Assembly: GCA_052279835.1 (NCBI GenBank)
Contig: CP181291.1
Span: 2,208,001 to 2,272,000, forward strand
Origin: Microcoleus sp.
Lineage (GTDB): Bacteria; Cyanobacteriota; Cyanobacteriia; Cyanobacteriales; Microcoleaceae
Length of the DNA: 64,000 bases
Direction: 5' to 3'
Position 1 is the first letter of the stretch. Every line of letters starts with the position of its first letter. The position numbers and the translations under genes were made by a program. The notes below the pieces were generated by a model. The model did not search any database, had not been told where the DNA came from, and saw only the letters and a list, made by a program, of their open reading frames with translations. Shown here piece after piece: positions 38,638 through 50,324 of this stretch.

Positions 38638-41600
38638 ATGTTAATTAATTCAGAAAATATCCAAATCTTAATCATTGACGATCGACCTAATAACTTGCGA
38701 TTCTTGTCAAACATATTGACTAAAGAGGGGTACAAAGTTCAGAGGTCTATTTCCGGTGAATTGACAGTAAATTCTGACTTTGATTCTATACCTGACTTGA
38801 TTTTGCTCGATGTTGTTATGCCGAGAATGAACGGCTATGAAGTCTGTGAAAGACTAAAAGCTAACGAAAAAACCAGCGAAATTCCGGTAATTTTTTTGAG
38901 CATTCTCCATGAAGCTTATCATAAAGTTAAAGCCTTTGAAGTTGGGGGAGTTGACTACATTACTAAGCCTTTTCAAGTCGAAGAAGTTTTAGCCCGTGTC
39001 AAAAATCAACTAACTATTCAACACCTATCAAAACAATTAAAAGAGCAGAACGCCCAACTACAGCGAGAGGTGGCAGTTCGCAACACGACAGAGCAAGCAC
39101 TGCGGGAAAGTCAAGCACGGTTGCAGAAATTGGCGACTAATATACCGGGAGTAATTTATCAATTTGTGATGAATGGTGAGGGAAAATTAAACTTTGAATA
39201 TATCAGTTCTGATTGTCTAACCATATATGAATTAGACAGCGAACAAATTTTAAATAACCCTGAATTGTGTTTTGAACAAAATCATCCAGATGACCGAAAA
39301 AATATTGAAAATGCTGTGCTGATGAGCGCCCAAACTTTATCACCTTTTGCCTGCGAATGGCGGATTATTACGCCATCAGGGAAGATTAAGTGGTTGCAAT
39401 CTAATTCTCGACCAGAAATGCGTAGCAATGGAGATATTGTTTGGTATGGGGTACTTTTTGATATTAGCGATCGCAAACAATCAGATTTAGAAAAAGCGGC
39501 CGCTAAAACAGCCTTAGAACGGCAAGTTCAGCGAGAATTGCTGATTGGAAAAATAACTCAGCAGATTCGCTCTAGCTTACAACCAGACGAAATATTTCAA
39601 ACAGCAGTAACTCAAATTGGTCAGACATTCGGTGTCAATCGTTGTTTGATTCACACCTATATTACTAGCCCCCAGGTAGATATTCCTTTGGCGGCAGAGT
39701 ATCTGGAACCCGATTGCGAATCAATTCGCCATATCTCAATTCCGATTTGGGGGAATCCTCACGTCGTACAAATGATGATTCAAGATCGGGCGATCGCCTC
39801 CAATAATGTTTACTCAGATCCTCTTTTACAAGCAGCGCTACCCCTTTGCCACGAGGTGAACTTGAAATCGATGTTAGCAATTCGCACTTCCTACCAAGGG
39901 GAAGCAAACGGTGCTATCTGCTTACACCAGTGCGATCGCTACCGGGAATGGACAGAAGATGAAATCGATCTTTTAGAAACTGTGGCTGCTCAAGTAGGAA
40001 TTGCGATCGCTCAAGCTAAACTCTTAGAGCGAGAACAACAGCGACTGCAACAACTCGATCGACAAAATAAACACTTACAAGCAGAAGTTCGCACTCGCGT
40101 CCGCGCCGAACAAGCTCTACAAGAATCTGAAGCAGAATTACGAGCTATTTTTGCAGGGATGACTGACTTAGTTTTAGTAAGAAATGCCGAAGGGCGTTGT
40201 ATCAAAATCGCTCCCACAAGTGCGTCAAGTTTGATTAAACCTCCCAGCGAAATGATTAACAAAACAGCCCATGAAGTCTTACCACAATCTATTGCAGACC
40301 AGCTCTTAGCTACTATCAAACAGGTTTTAATAACCAAAGAAAGTATCAATATTGAATATAATTATACTCTAGAAGGACGCGAAATATGGCTCGACGCTAA
40401 AGTTTCTCCCCTGTCTGAAGATTCAGTAATTATTGTGGCACGAGATATTAGCGATCGCAAACAAACAGAATCCGCACTTCGAGAAAGTCAGCACTTCATT
40501 CAGGCGATCGCCGATTCCAATCCCAATCTATTGTACGTTTACGATTTAATTGAACAGCGCAACGTTTACACCAACCGCCAAATTACTGGAATGCTCGGTT
40601 ACACTTCCCCAGAAATACAAGATATGGGTACTGAAATGATGGTAAATCTGATGCACTCCGACGATTTGCCAGCCTTTTTTGAAAGTGTCAAAAAATTCAA
40701 CCTAGCCCAAGACGGCGATGTCCTAGAGTGTCAGTACCGCATGAAACATAAAAACGGTGAATGGCGATGGTTCTACAGTTGGGATACAGTATTTGTGAGA
40801 CAAACCAATGGTAAACCCAAACAAATTCTTGGTACGGCTAACGACATAACCGACCGCAAAATAGCCGAAGAAAAGTTGCTAGAATCACAGCAAAGAATCT
40901 CGTTTTTATTGCAGCAAACACCTATAGTAATTATCGAATTAAACATTAACTTAGAAGTGATTACTTGGAATCCGGCTGCGGAAAATATTTTTGGATATAG
41001 CAAAGCCGAAGTTATTGGTCATAAAGTCCCTGATTTCATCGTTCCCGAAAACTGTTCCCAGCAAATATCTATATTTTTTAACAACAATATGACTGGGGAA
41101 TTTAGTACCACTTCTACCACCTATGAAACCCAGACAAAAGATGGAAAAAAAGTAATTTGTGAGTGGTATAATACTCCGCTAATTAATGAAAAAGGTAGAG
41201 CGATCGGCATCGGTTTAATGGCGGTGGATATTACCGAACGCCAGCAAGCAGAAATGGAACTACAAGAAAGTGCATTGCGGCAAAGAGCGATCGCGCGAAT
41301 TATTGAAAAAATGCGGCAGACATTAGATATTCGAGAAATTTTTCAGGCGACAACACGAGAATTGCGCCAAACCATGAAATGCGATCGAGTCGCCATTTAC
41401 CGTTTCAATTCAGACTGGAGTGGTGAATTTGTAGCGGAATCCGTTGATAATAACTGGATTTCCCTCATCCAAGAACAGCAAATAGACCCCAACTTCACAG
41501 AAGATTCTTTAGAAAGCGAAAAGTGCCTCGTCCAAAAATTTGATAGCAGCTTACAAGAAGTATGCGACACCTATTTGCAAGAAACCCAGGGCGGCCCTTA

Positions 41601-43347
41601 CAGCCGTGGTAAGACTTACCTTTGCGTCCAAGATATTTACAAACAAGGCTTCGATAATTGCTACATCCAACTCTTAGAAAAATTTGAAGTCAAAGCCTAT
41701 ATTACCGTCCCCATTTTTTGCGGAGAAAAACTTTGGGGCTTACTCGCATCTTATCAAAATACAGCCCCCCGCCAGTGGAGCGAAGCTGAAATCAACGTCG
41801 CAGTTCATATAGGTACGCAGCTAGGAGTCGCCTTGCAACAAGCTGAATTGCTAGCCCACACTCAAAGACAGTCAATGGAACTAATTAAATCTCAAGGAAA
41901 TGCCGAAGTTGCCAATCGTGCCAAAAGCCAATTTCTCGCATCAATGAGCCACGAACTCCGCACCCCACTCAACGCTATTCTTGGTTTTTCTCAAGTCATG
42001 GCTAGAAACATTTCCATCACTAAAGAACAAAAAGAATACATCGAAATCATCAATCGCAGTGGCGAACATTTGTTGGAACTCATCAATGATGTATTATCCA
42101 TGTCTAAGATAGAATCGGGTCAGATTAGTATCAATGAAAATAGCTTTAACCTCTACAAACTTATCGATATCCTGAAAGAAATGCTGCAATTAAAAGCGAA
42201 TTCTAAAGGCTTGCAGCTAATCTTTGATCTACCGGATAATTTACCAAAATACATTCAAACTGATGAATCAAAATTGCGACAAGTTTTAATTAACCTGATC
42301 GGAAACGCTATTAAATTTACTGTGAAGGGAAGCGTTAGTCTGCGAGTCACAAGCCAACTAGAAGAAACTTTAGATGGAGCCAAAAAATGCCAATTAATTT
42401 TTGAAGTAACTGACACAGGCCCTGGTATTTCTTCGGAAGAAATTAACACTTTATTTCAGCCCTTCGTGCAAACAGATACCGGACGTAAATCGATGCAAGG
42501 AACTGGTTTAGGCTTACCGATTAGTCAACAGTTTGTCCGAATTATGGGAGGTGATATATCAGTTAAAAGTCAAATCGATCGAGGCACAACTTTTACCTTT
42601 AATATCCAAGTGAATGTGATAAGAAAAATTGATGAAGTAGAGAAAGCTAGCACCAAACAAGTCATTTCCTTAGAAGCCGGACAGCCAGTTTATCGGATAT
42701 TGATAGTTGAAGATGTACTAGAAAACCGTCAACTGTTAATCGAGATTTTGAAACCATTGGGATTTGAAATTATCGAAGCTTGTAACGGTGAAGAAGCTGT
42801 GGCTTTGCACGAAAGCTGGAAACCGCACCTGATCTTGATGGATATGTTGATGCCCATTATGGACGGGTATGAGGCAACCAGAAAAATTAAGCAAACTCCT
42901 GAAGGCGAAAAAACCATCATTATTGCCCTGACTGCTAGTGCTTTTGAAGAACAGCGACAAGTAATTTTTGCCACTGGTTGTGATGATTTTATCTGTAAAC
43001 CCTTTCGGGAAGAAGTGCTGTTTGATAAAATAGCCGATCGCCTAAAAGTGCGTTATATTTATGAAGAAGAAAAGCCATCTACTTCTGTGCCACCCCTGAC
43101 ATCTCCCAAAATTTTAACCCCAGAGGATTTGAGTGTAATGCCCAGAGACTGGTTGGTCAATTTGTATCAAGCAGCAATTTGCGTTGATGACAGTGGCCTA
43201 CTGAAACTTATCCAGCAAATCCCTGAAAGTGAGGCAAATCTCGCTACGGCCTTAACAGATTTGGTCGAAAACTTTCGGATAGATATCATCATCGATCTCA
43301 CTCAATTATATTATGATGAACGACCATCCACTGCCAGTGACTCCTAA
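38638..43347 (+). CDS. Hybrid sensor histidine kinase REC-PAS-GAF-PAS-PAS-PAS-CBCR GAF-HisKA-HATPase-REC
   Basis: N-terminal REC (LILLDVVMP), PAS motifs, bilin-type GAF (DTYLQET...CY), MSHELRTPL, GTGLGL, C-terminal REC (LILMDMLMP). Start may be 38596 or 38638. Confidence 0.92.
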   Translation: MLINSENIQILIIDDRPNNLRFLSNILTKEGYKVQRSISGELTVNSDFDSIPDLILLDVVMPRMNGYEVCERLKANEKTSEIPVIFLSILHEAYHKVKAFEVGGVDYITKPFQVEEVLARVKNQLTIQHLSKQLKEQNAQLQREVAVRNTTEQALRESQARLQKLATNIPGVIYQFVMNGEGKLNFEYISSDCLTIYELDSEQILNNPELCFEQNHPDDRKNIENAVLMSAQTLSPFACEWRIITPSGKIKWLQSNSRPEMRSNGDIVWYGVLFDISDRKQSDLEKAAAKTALERQVQRELLIGKITQQIRSSLQPDEIFQTAVTQIGQTFGVNRCLIHTYITSPQVDIPLAAEYLEPDCESIRHISIPIWGNPHVVQMMIQDRAIASNNVYSDPLLQAALPLCHEVNLKSMLAIRTSYQGEANGAICLHQCDRYREWTEDEIDLLETVAAQVGIAIAQAKLLEREQQRLQQLDRQNKHLQAEVRTRVRAEQALQESEAELRAIFAGMTDLVLVRNAEGRCIKIAPTSASSLIKPPSEMINKTAHEVLPQSIADQLLATIKQVLITKESINIEYNYTLEGREIWLDAKVSPLSEDSVIIVARDISDRKQTESALRESQHFIQAIADSNPNLLYVYDLIEQRNVYTNRQITGMLGYTSPEIQDMGTEMMVNLMHSDDLPAFFESVKKFNLAQDGDVLECQYRMKHKNGEWRWFYSWDTVFVRQTNGKPKQILGTANDITDRKIAEEKLLESQQRISFLLQQTPIVIIELNINLEVITWNPAAENIFGYSKAEVIGHKVPDFIVPENCSQQISIFFNNNMTGEFSTTSTTYETQTKDGKKVICEWYNTPLINEKGRAIGIGLMAVDITERQQAEMELQESALRQRAIARIIEKMRQTLDIREIFQATTRELRQTMKCDRVAIYRFNSDWSGEFVAESVDNNWISLIQEQQIDPNFTEDSLESEKCLVQKFDSSLQEVCDTYLQETQGGPYSRGKTYLCVQDIYKQGFDNCYIQLLEKFEVKAYITVPIFCGEKLWGLLASYQNTAPRQWSEAEINVAVHIGTQLGVALQQAELLAHTQRQSMELIKSQGNAEVANRAKSQFLASMSHELRTPLNAILGFSQVMARNISITKEQKEYIEIINRSGEHLLELINDVLSMSKIESGQISINENSFNLYKLIDILKEMLQLKANSKGLQLIFDLPDNLPKYIQTDESKLRQVLINLIGNAIKFTVKGSVSLRVTSQLEETLDGAKKCQLIFEVTDTGPGISSEEINTLFQPFVQTDTGRKSMQGTGLGLPISQQFVRIMGGDISVKSQIDRGTTFTFNIQVNVIRKIDEVEKASTKQVISLEAGQPVYRILIVEDVLENRQLLIEILKPLGFEIIEACNGEEAVALHESWKPHLILMDMLMPIMDGYEATRKIKQTPEGEKTIIIALTASAFEEQRQVIFATGCDDFICKPFREEVLFDKIADRLKVRYIYEEEKPSTSVPPLTSPKILTPEDLSVMPRDWLVNLYQAAICVDDSGLLKLIQQIPESEANLATALTDLVENFRIDIIIDLTQLYYDERPSTASDS

Positions 43348-45340
43348 AGATATTCTGATCGTTGACGATATGCCGGATAACTTGCGACTTTTATCCACTA
43401 TGCTGACATCTCACGGCTATCAAGTTAGGAAGGCTATTAACGGACAACTTGCTTTGCAAGGAGCACAAATGTCTCCTCCGAATCTAATTTTGTTAGATAT
43501 TAATATGCCGCAAATGAACGGCTATCAAGTTTGTGAAAATTTAAAAAAGAATGAAAACACTAAAGATATTCCGATCATTTTTATTAGCGCCCTAGATGAT
43601 GTATTAGAAAAAGTAAAAGCTTTTCAAGTAGGAGGAGTAGACTATATTACTAAGCCATTTCAAATAGAAGAGGTTTTGGCCCGTGTTGAAAGCCAACTTT
43701 CCTTGCGCTCTTTGCAATCAAAACTGCAACAACAAGCTAGAGAGTTGCAAGAGCGCAATGCTTTGTTGGAACAAGAAATTAGTGAAAGAAAGCGGGCTGA
43801 AGAAGAAATCAGGTTTTTGCTGGAAACTACGCGGGCGATCGGCGAATCCGTGGATTTTAACTCTGCTTTAGAAGTAATTTTGCAGCAAGTTGGCGAAACA
43901 ATCGGATGGGATTTAGGAGAAGCTTGGATTCCTGATGCCGAAGGAAATTTCTTGAAATCGAGCCGCGGTTGGTATGGTAGAGATACCACTATGGAAATCT
44001 TCCGCCAGCAAAGCGAAAACTTGACATTTGCTAGAAATATCGGGCTACCAGGACGAGTTTGGGTTTCCCGGAAACCTGAATGGGTAGAAGATGTTTCCGT
44101 GGGATACCCAGAATTTATGAGAACTAAAATAGCGCTAGAAATCGGATTTAAAGCAGGTTTTGGTGTCCCTATTTTAGTCGGCGATGAAGTATTAGCAGTC
44201 CTAGTTTTTTTTAAACTTTTATCTTGTCCCAAGGATTCGCGATTTATTGACATTTTTAATATTGTTTGCACTCAATTAGGTTCTTTAATTCAGCGAAAAA
44301 AAGCAGAAGAATCTCTTAAAATAGCTGAAGAAAGATATCACAGTATCGTAGAAAATGCCATGGAAGGTATTTTTCAAAGTACCCCTTCAGGACAATTTAT
44401 CAGCGCTAATCCAGCCTTAGCAAAATTGTATGCTTACGAATCCCCTTCCGAGCTGATGTCAAGCATTCACAACATTTCCGAGCAACTTTATATTGATGCC
44501 GAACGCCGTCGGGAATTTGTAGTTGCTATGGATGCGAATAATGCTGTTTCTGGGTTTGAATCGAGGGTTAAACGTAAGGATGGTGCTTGGATTTGGGTAT
44601 CGGAAAATGTCCGGGCAGTTCGCGATTCAGAAGGTAAGTTAATGTACTATGAAGGTACTGTTTCTGATATTACAGAGCGAAAATTAGTCCAAGAAGCGCT
44701 GAGTTTTCAACAGGATCAAACTGAGAAATTGCTGTTGAATATTTTGCCCAAACCCATAGCCGAAAGATTGAAAGTTGAGCAAAGCACGATTGCTGACAGT
44801 TTTGAAGAAGTAAGTGTTTTATTTGCTGACATTGTTGGGTTTACTGAGTTGTCCGCTAGAATGTCTCCGACGGAACTCGTAAAGCGTTTAAACGTGATTT
44901 TTTCCCAATTCGATCAATTAGCAGAAGAGTACGGTGTGGAAAAAATTAAGACTATTGGTGATGCTTACATGGTAGTTGGAGGATTACCTACACCCAGAGA
45001 TGACCACGCTGAGGCGATCGCGGAAATGGCCCTGGAAATGCAAGCAAAAATAGCAAAATTGTCCGTCCAAACAGGGGAATATTTGGCAATTCGCGTGGGT
45101 ATCAATTCTGGACCAGTAGTTGCGGGAGTGATTGGTGTTAGCAAATTTACTTACGATTTGTGGGGAGATACTGTGAATGTGGCGGCGAGGATGGAAGTTA
45201 CAGGACTTGCAGGCAGTATTCAAGTTACGGATGTTACTTATGAGCTTTTGAAAGATAAGTATTTGTTTGAGAATCGAGGTTTGACTCCGATCAAAGGTAA
45301 GGGGGATATGGTGACATATTTGCTCAAAGGAAGAAAGTAG
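43313..45340 (+). CDS. Class III adenylate cyclase with REC, GAF and PAS domains
   Basis: [35 protein letters not shown]. The Lys/Asp pair indicates ATP specificity. Confidence 0.92.
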   Translation: MMNDHPLPVTPKDILIVDDMPDNLRLLSTMLTSHGYQVRKAINGQLALQGAQMSPPNLILLDINMPQMNGYQVCENLKKNENTKDIPIIFISALDDVLEKVKAFQVGGVDYITKPFQIEEVLARVESQLSLRSLQSKLQQQARELQERNALLEQEISERKRAEEEIRFLLETTRAIGESVDFNSALEVILQQVGETIGWDLGEAWIPDAEGNFLKSSRGWYGRDTTMEIFRQQSENLTFARNIGLPGRVWVSRKPEWVEDVSVGYPEFMRTKIALEIGFKAGFGVPILVGDEVLAVLVFFKLLSCPKDSRFIDIFNIVCTQLGSLIQRKKAEESLKIAEERYHSIVENAMEGIFQSTPSGQFISANPALAKLYAYESPSELMSSIHNISEQLYIDAERRREFVVAMDANNAVSGFESRVKRKDGAWIWVSENVRAVRDSEGKLMYYEGTVSDITERKLVQEALSFQQDQTEKLLLNILPKPIAERLKVEQSTIADSFEEVSVLFADIVGFTELSARMSPTELVKRLNVIFSQFDQLAEEYGVEKIKTIGDAYMVVGGLPTPRDDHAEAIAEMALEMQAKIAKLSVQTGEYLAIRVGINSGPVVAGVIGVSKFTYDLWGDTVNVAARMEVTGLAGSIQVTDVTYELLKDKYLFENRGLTPIKGKGDMVTYLLKGRK

Positions 45341-45341
45341 A

Positions 45342-45425
45342 AATTGGGAATTGGGAATTGGGAATTGGGAGTTGGGAATTGGGAGTTGGGAATTGGGAAT
45401 TGGGAATTGGGAATTGGGAATTGGG
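45342..45425. repeat. STRR heptamer tract (AATTGGG)n
   Basis: About 12 tandem aattggg/agttggg units right after the cyclase stop. Confidence 0.95.
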
Positions 45426-45612
45426 CCTTTTGGCTTCGCCATCAGGTAAATTGTCTCGAAACATCCCGATCGTGCAATAATGATAGGACTTGCACACAAA
45501 CTCTATTAGTAGAGTGGGCATTCCCCACGTTACCGCTACATATAGAGTTTCAACTGTCAACCCGTGTAAGTTCCAAATCAAACCGGCTGTTGCTCTACAC
45601 AATTTTTTCCTA

Positions 45613-46641
45613 ATGGCTGAAGTCCCCCAAAATCCCGCAGAACTTGCAGAAGCCCTCAAAGGCTTTACGGATATCAATTTTCAATTACCCGATCCCGAAG
45701 ACGAACAAATACCAGACTTCGATTTTGACAATCAGGTTGACAATGCCTGGAAAGTATGCGATCGCTTTGACTTACAAACAGATATCTGGCGGGGACGGAT
45801 TCTCCGAACAGTCAGAGACAGAGAAAAAAAAGGCGGTGATGGACGCGGTACCGGCTTTTTGAACTGGCTAAAAGAACGAGAAATAGGCAAAAGTCAAGCC
45901 TATTCTCTCATAGAATTAGCTAAGAGTGCCGATACCTTGATCGAGCAAGGAGATTTAGACCCCGATTCCATTAGAAACTTCAGCAAAAGAGCCTTTGTAG
46001 AAACCGCCAAAGCATCTCCCGAAGTACAGCTAATGGTAACAGATGCGGCCGGAAAAGGCGATCGTATTACCAGGCGCGAAGTTAAACAACTCTCCGACGA
46101 ATGGATGGCTTTGAACTCCGACTTACTCCCAGAAGAAGTCAAAGAGAAAGCATCCACAGGTTCCCTACCTTCCCGCTACCTAGCCCCTTTAGTCAAAGAA
46201 ATGGAGAAACTATCTCCATCTCACCAAATTGAAATTCAAAAAGAAGTAGCAGAAAATCCCGACGTAGATACAGTCAAACAACTAACTTCCGATGCCAAGA
46301 ATTTATCTAAATATCTCGATTCCGCGGCCCAAGTCCAGGCGCTCAATCAGTCTCATTTAGATATGGAAATGGCCTTAGAAGAATCCTTGCGAGTAGGCTG
46401 TTTGGGAACCACCGCCGACGTTGTAAAACAGGCAGCGCAACTCGAACAAACAGTAATCAAACTATACACAATTTGGAAACGTTTAGGCAGTTTAACAGAT
46501 AGATTGTATGTCGATACAGGAGCCAGCACACCGAATTTGCGATTACTTCTAGGATGTTTAGATACTCTTTCTGGAGAGAAGATCGAGGTTGATTTCGGAG
46601 ATGGAGAACGCTCTATTCGTTTGCAAATTATTAGCGAGTAA
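45613..46641 (+). CDS. Conserved cyanobacterial hypothetical protein
   Basis: Start MAEVPQ (45613). Motif DRFDLQTDIWRGRILR...GFLNWL; helical. Confidence 0.75.
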   Translation: MAEVPQNPAELAEALKGFTDINFQLPDPEDEQIPDFDFDNQVDNAWKVCDRFDLQTDIWRGRILRTVRDREKKGGDGRGTGFLNWLKEREIGKSQAYSLIELAKSADTLIEQGDLDPDSIRNFSKRAFVETAKASPEVQLMVTDAAGKGDRITRREVKQLSDEWMALNSDLLPEEVKEKASTGSLPSRYLAPLVKEMEKLSPSHQIEIQKEVAENPDVDTVKQLTSDAKNLSKYLDSAAQVQALNQSHLDMEMALEESLRVGCLGTTADVVKQAAQLEQTVIKLYTIWKRLGSLTDRLYVDTGASTPNLRLLLGCLDTLSGEKIEVDFGDGERSIRLQIISE

Positions 46642-46710
46642 ATCCACTTTCAAATATAGGCGCACCATTTCAGCAACAGGCCGGAAAGCCAGTTCCACAA
46701 AGACTCAATT

Positions 46711-46830
46711 GGGTGCATCTGTGTTTGGCAAATATATTCGTAGGGGCGAAGCATGACCGCAGTAAATCTCTGGTTATGACTAATAAATTGTCTGCCGTCA
46801 GGCTTCGCGCTTACCAAATCGGGATGATCC
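46711..46830. repeat. ~120-bp MITE/REPIN-like element, copy 2
   Basis: Closely matches 35492-35612. Confidence 0.8.
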
Positions 46831-46871
46831 CGACTCAATCTGATTGTGGAACAGGCCCGAAAGCCTCAAAC

Positions 46872-47690
46872 TTAATTCTTAATCCCCGTCGTCGCAATAC
46901 CCCGCATAAACTGCCGTTGACCGACCAAAAACAGCAACACCACTGGCACTGTCCCAATTACCACCGCGGCCATCAACAAGGGCCAACTGCTAGTAAACTG
47001 TTCCTGAAACTCCGCCAAAGCTAACTGTACGGTACGCAACTCTGGGCGCGTGGTAAACACCAGGGGCTTAAACAAATCGTTCCACTCGCCGATAAACGTA
47101 AATAAAAACAGCGTCACCAAAGCAGGGCGGGCCAAAGGCAACATCACTTGCCACAAAACCTGCCAGCGGTTTGCCCCATCCAGCATGGCGGCTTCTTCCA
47201 ATTCCACGGGAATTGTCAGGAAATACTGACGTAGGAGAAAAATCCCAAAACCATTAGCAGCCGTGGGTAAGATTAGCGCCCCGTAGGTATTGAGCAAATG
47301 GCCCCACTTCAAAACTAAGAAAATGGGAATCACCAAAAGCTGAAAGGGAATTACCAGGGTTGCCAAAACCACCAACACTAAGGCTTGTCGCCCTCGAAAC
47401 TTCAGCCTGGCCAAGGCATAGCCGGCTAAAGCTGAAGTTACTACCTGAAAACCAGTTACTGCGATCGCCACTAGAGTAGAATTAACAAATGCCAACAAAA
47501 AATTACCGCGTCGCCAAGCCTCCTGATAATTCGCAAAAGTCCAGCCCGTGACCTTGACACCGACACCCGATGGTGATAAAGAAACCAAAAATACAGCACC
47601 TAGAGGCAACAGCACCAGTGCTGCCCCCCCTAGCAACCCCATAAAACTCAGCAGTTCCAGTGCCCTAGATCTGTCCAAAGATTTGCCCAT
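46872..47690 (-). CDS. Carbohydrate ABC transporter permease
   Basis: AGYALARLKF, ELEEAAMLDGA, WNDLFKPL. Start MGKSL (47690). Confidence 0.9.
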   Translation of the reverse strand: MGKSLDRSRALELLSFMGLLGGAALVLLPLGAVFLVSLSPSGVGVKVTGWTFANYQEAWRRGNFLLAFVNSTLVAIAVTGFQVVTSALAGYALARLKFRGRQALVLVVLATLVIPFQLLVIPIFLVLKWGHLLNTYGALILPTAANGFGIFLLRQYFLTIPVELEEAAMLDGANRWQVLWQVMLPLARPALVTLFLFTFIGEWNDLFKPLVFTTRPELRTVQLALAEFQEQFTSSWPLLMAAVVIGTVPVVLLFLVGQRQFMRGIATTGIKN

Positions 47691-47868
47691 AAACTTGTGA
47701 ATTAATCTAAAATAATAACCTTGTGAGGCTCTCAAACCCGATCTCCTCCCAGATTCCCACACAACCGCGAATTTTTAGTCAAAAATAGGTAAAGTGTACT
47801 GTCACTGACCCCAAATTTTAAAGGGGTGTCCAAACATCCTACAGGTTATTCAGGAGACTACATATCAT

Positions 47869-48561
47869 ATGCCACAGCTTGAGGCCATCCCAGCAATTGA
47901 CTTTCAAACCGAAACTTACAAAGATGCTTACAGCCGAATCAACGCGATTGTGATTGAAGGCGAACAAGAAGCTCACGACAATTACTTGACACTGGCCCAA
48001 ATGTTGGCTGACAAAAAGGAAGAGTTAATTGGTTTGTCCAAGATGGAGAACCGCCATATGAAAGGCTTCCAAGCTTGTGGCCGGAATCTCAAAGTCACGC
48101 CGGACATGGTATTTGCCAAGGAGTTCTTTTCAGAACTGCACGGGAATTTCCAAAAGGCATCTGCCGAAGGTAAGGTTGTAACTTGCTTGCTGATTCAATC
48201 CCTGATTATCGAATGCTTCGCGATCGCCGCCTACAATATTTACATTCCCGTCGCTGACGACTTTGCCCGCAAAATCACTGAAGGCGTAGTCAAAGAAGAA
48301 TACACCCACCTCAACTTTGGGGAAGTGTGGCTGGAAGCTCACTTTGAAGAATCCAAAGCTGAACTCGAAGCAGCCAACCGCCAAAACTTGCCCATCATCT
48401 GGAGACTACTAAACAAAGTCGCAGATGATGCTCAAGTCTTGGGAATGGAAAAAGATGCTTTAATTGAAGACTTTATGATTGCCTACGGTGAAGCCCTGAA
48501 AAACATTGGCTTTAACAACCGTGACATCATGCGAATGTCAGCACAAGGTCTCATAGGCTAA
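47869..48561 (+). CDS. ado: Aldehyde-deformylating oxygenase
   Basis: [44 protein letters not shown]. Confidence 0.97.
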   Translation: MPQLEAIPAIDFQTETYKDAYSRINAIVIEGEQEAHDNYLTLAQMLADKKEELIGLSKMENRHMKGFQACGRNLKVTPDMVFAKEFFSELHGNFQKASAEGKVVTCLLIQSLIIECFAIAAYNIYIPVADDFARKITEGVVKEEYTHLNFGEVWLEAHFEESKAELEAANRQNLPIIWRLLNKVADDAQVLGMEKDALIEDFMIAYGEALKNIGFNNRDIMRMSAQGLIG

Positions 48562-48770
48562 TCAAGTATAAAATCAGGAAGGGAAAAGGAAAAATTTAAA
48601 AAAATTAATTTTTCCTTTTCCATTCTTCATCCATCACAATGGTTTGTAACCTAATTAATGGGAACATGAGGAATCAGATAAAAATTAAAAATTAAAATTT
48701 TTTAATTTTCCCTTCTTCCTTCTTCTTTTTTCCTTTTTCCTTTTTCCTTTTTCCTTAATCTGACAACTGA

Positions 48771-49793
48771 ATGTTTGGTTTAATCGGTCACTTAACCAGC
48801 TTAGAACACGCCCAATCGGTAGCTAACGAGCTGGGCTATCCAGAATATGCCGATCAAGGTCTTGATTTTTGGTGCAGCGCACCGCCCCAAATAGTCGATA
48901 ATATAACCGTGACCAGCATCACTGGGCAAAAAATAGAAGGTCGCTATGTGGAGTCCTGTTTTCTGCCAGAAATGCTAGCCACTCGCCGGATTAAAGCAGC
49001 CACCCGCAAAATCATTAACGCGATGGCACACGCTCAAAAAAACGGGATTAATATCACGGCTTTAGGTGGGTTTTCATCGATCATTTTTGAAACCTTCAAC
49101 TTGCAGCAAATTAAGCAAATTCGCAATCTCAAGTTGGAGTTTGAGCGATTCACCACAGGTAATACTCACACTGCTTACATCCTCTGTCGCCAAGTAGAAC
49201 AAGCAGCCCCCAAATTGGGGATTGAACTGTCCAAGGCTACTGTGGCGGTTTGCGGTGCTACTGGGGATATTGGCAGTGCCGTGTGTCGCTGGCTCAACGT
49301 TAAAACCAATGTAGCAGAATTGTTGCTAATTGCCCGCGACAAGGAACGTTTGCAAGACTTGCAGACAGAATTAGGGCGAGGCAAAATTATGGGTTTGGAA
49401 GAGGCGCTACCCCAGGCTGATATTGTCGTCTGGGTAGCGAGTATGCCGAAGGGAGTAGAAATCGATCCCTCTACATTGAAGCAACCTTGTTTGCTAATTG
49501 ATGGGGGCTATCCCAAAAATTTGGGAACTCAGATTCAGCATCCCGAAATCTACGTGCTCAATGGCGGCATTGTGGAGCATTCCCTCGATATTGAGTGGAA
49601 AATCATGAAGATTGTCAATATGGATGTACCGGGAAGACAGTTGTTTGCCTGTTTTGCTGAATCCATGCTGCTGGAATTTGAAAAGTTGTACACCAATTTT
49701 TCTTGGGGACGCAATCAAATTACTGTGGAAAAGATGGAGCAAATTGGTGAGATTTCTGTCAAACACGGTTTTAGACCTTTGATGTCCTTCTGA
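48771..49793 (+). CDS. aar: Long-chain acyl-ACP reductase
   Basis: [37 protein letters not shown]. Confidence 0.97.
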   Translation: MFGLIGHLTSLEHAQSVANELGYPEYADQGLDFWCSAPPQIVDNITVTSITGQKIEGRYVESCFLPEMLATRRIKAATRKIINAMAHAQKNGINITALGGFSSIIFETFNLQQIKQIRNLKLEFERFTTGNTHTAYILCRQVEQAAPKLGIELSKATVAVCGATGDIGSAVCRWLNVKTNVAELLLIARDKERLQDLQTELGRGKIMGLEEALPQADIVVWVASMPKGVEIDPSTLKQPCLLIDGGYPKNLGTQIQHPEIYVLNGGIVEHSLDIEWKIMKIVNMDVPGRQLFACFAESMLLEFEKLYTNFSWGRNQITVEKMEQIGEISVKHGFRPLMSF

Positions 49794-49800
49794 TTTTGAA

Positions 49801-49843
49801 AATTAACAGTTAACAGTTAACAATGAACTGTTAACTGTTAATT
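49801..49843. terminator. Palindromic TTAACAG repeat between convergent genes
   Basis: aattaacagttaacagtt...aactgttaactgttaatt. Confidence 0.55.
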
Positions 49844-49844
49844 G

Positions 49845-50324
49845 TTACAAGAAGCTTTGAGAGCAGTTTTTGATAGTCATAACTTCCATAATCTTGTTGC
49901 CAAGTTCGTCGGAAATTTCCAAAGCGGCGGCAAGTTCAACTAAAAAATCCTGTTCCTCTTGAGTGAATATTCCATCTACCAATACCAAATCTGTGGCGAT
50001 CGCAAAAGCTGTGGCTCGAAGCTGAGGATTAAGGGTATTTTTAGCTGCTGCAAATAGCTCAGCCGGATTGTAAACCTCGCTCAGCTTGCGGACTTTCTTG
50101 AACAGTTCTGGGAAGTATTCGCTAGAATAAGAACTGAATAAGCGGATGTGGTTGGCGGCGAGAGTTTGTTTTTCGGCTTCGGAAATTTCACCGTCAGCAA
50201 CCACAGCTAATACTGAAATGGCTGTCACAGCTTCCGCAGGCGTGAGTTCGATCGCGTTGGTATTGTTGTTGGTAGTTCCAAACAGTTCAGCAGGATTTGG
50301 TCTTTGGTGGCTGTGGGATGGCAT
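49845..50324 (-). CDS. TerB/tellurite-resistance family protein
   Basis: LTPAEA, VVADGEISEAE, AFAIATDLVLVDGIFTQEEQDFL, EVMTIKN. Start uncertain (50324 or 50357). Confidence 0.8.
   Translation of the reverse strand: MPSHSHQRPNPAELFGTTNNNTNAIELTPAEAVTAISVLAVVADGEISEAEKQTLAANHIRLFSSYSSEYFPELFKKVRKLSEVYNPAELFAAAKNTLNPQLRATAFAIATDLVLVDGIFTQEEQDFLVELAAALEISDELGNKIMEVMTIKNCSQSFL

Noticed and set aside
45324..45677. ORFs with PIPNSQF / GIGNWEL repeats (also 44984-45499 and 62331-62651)
   Set aside because: Translations of STRR heptamer tracts.
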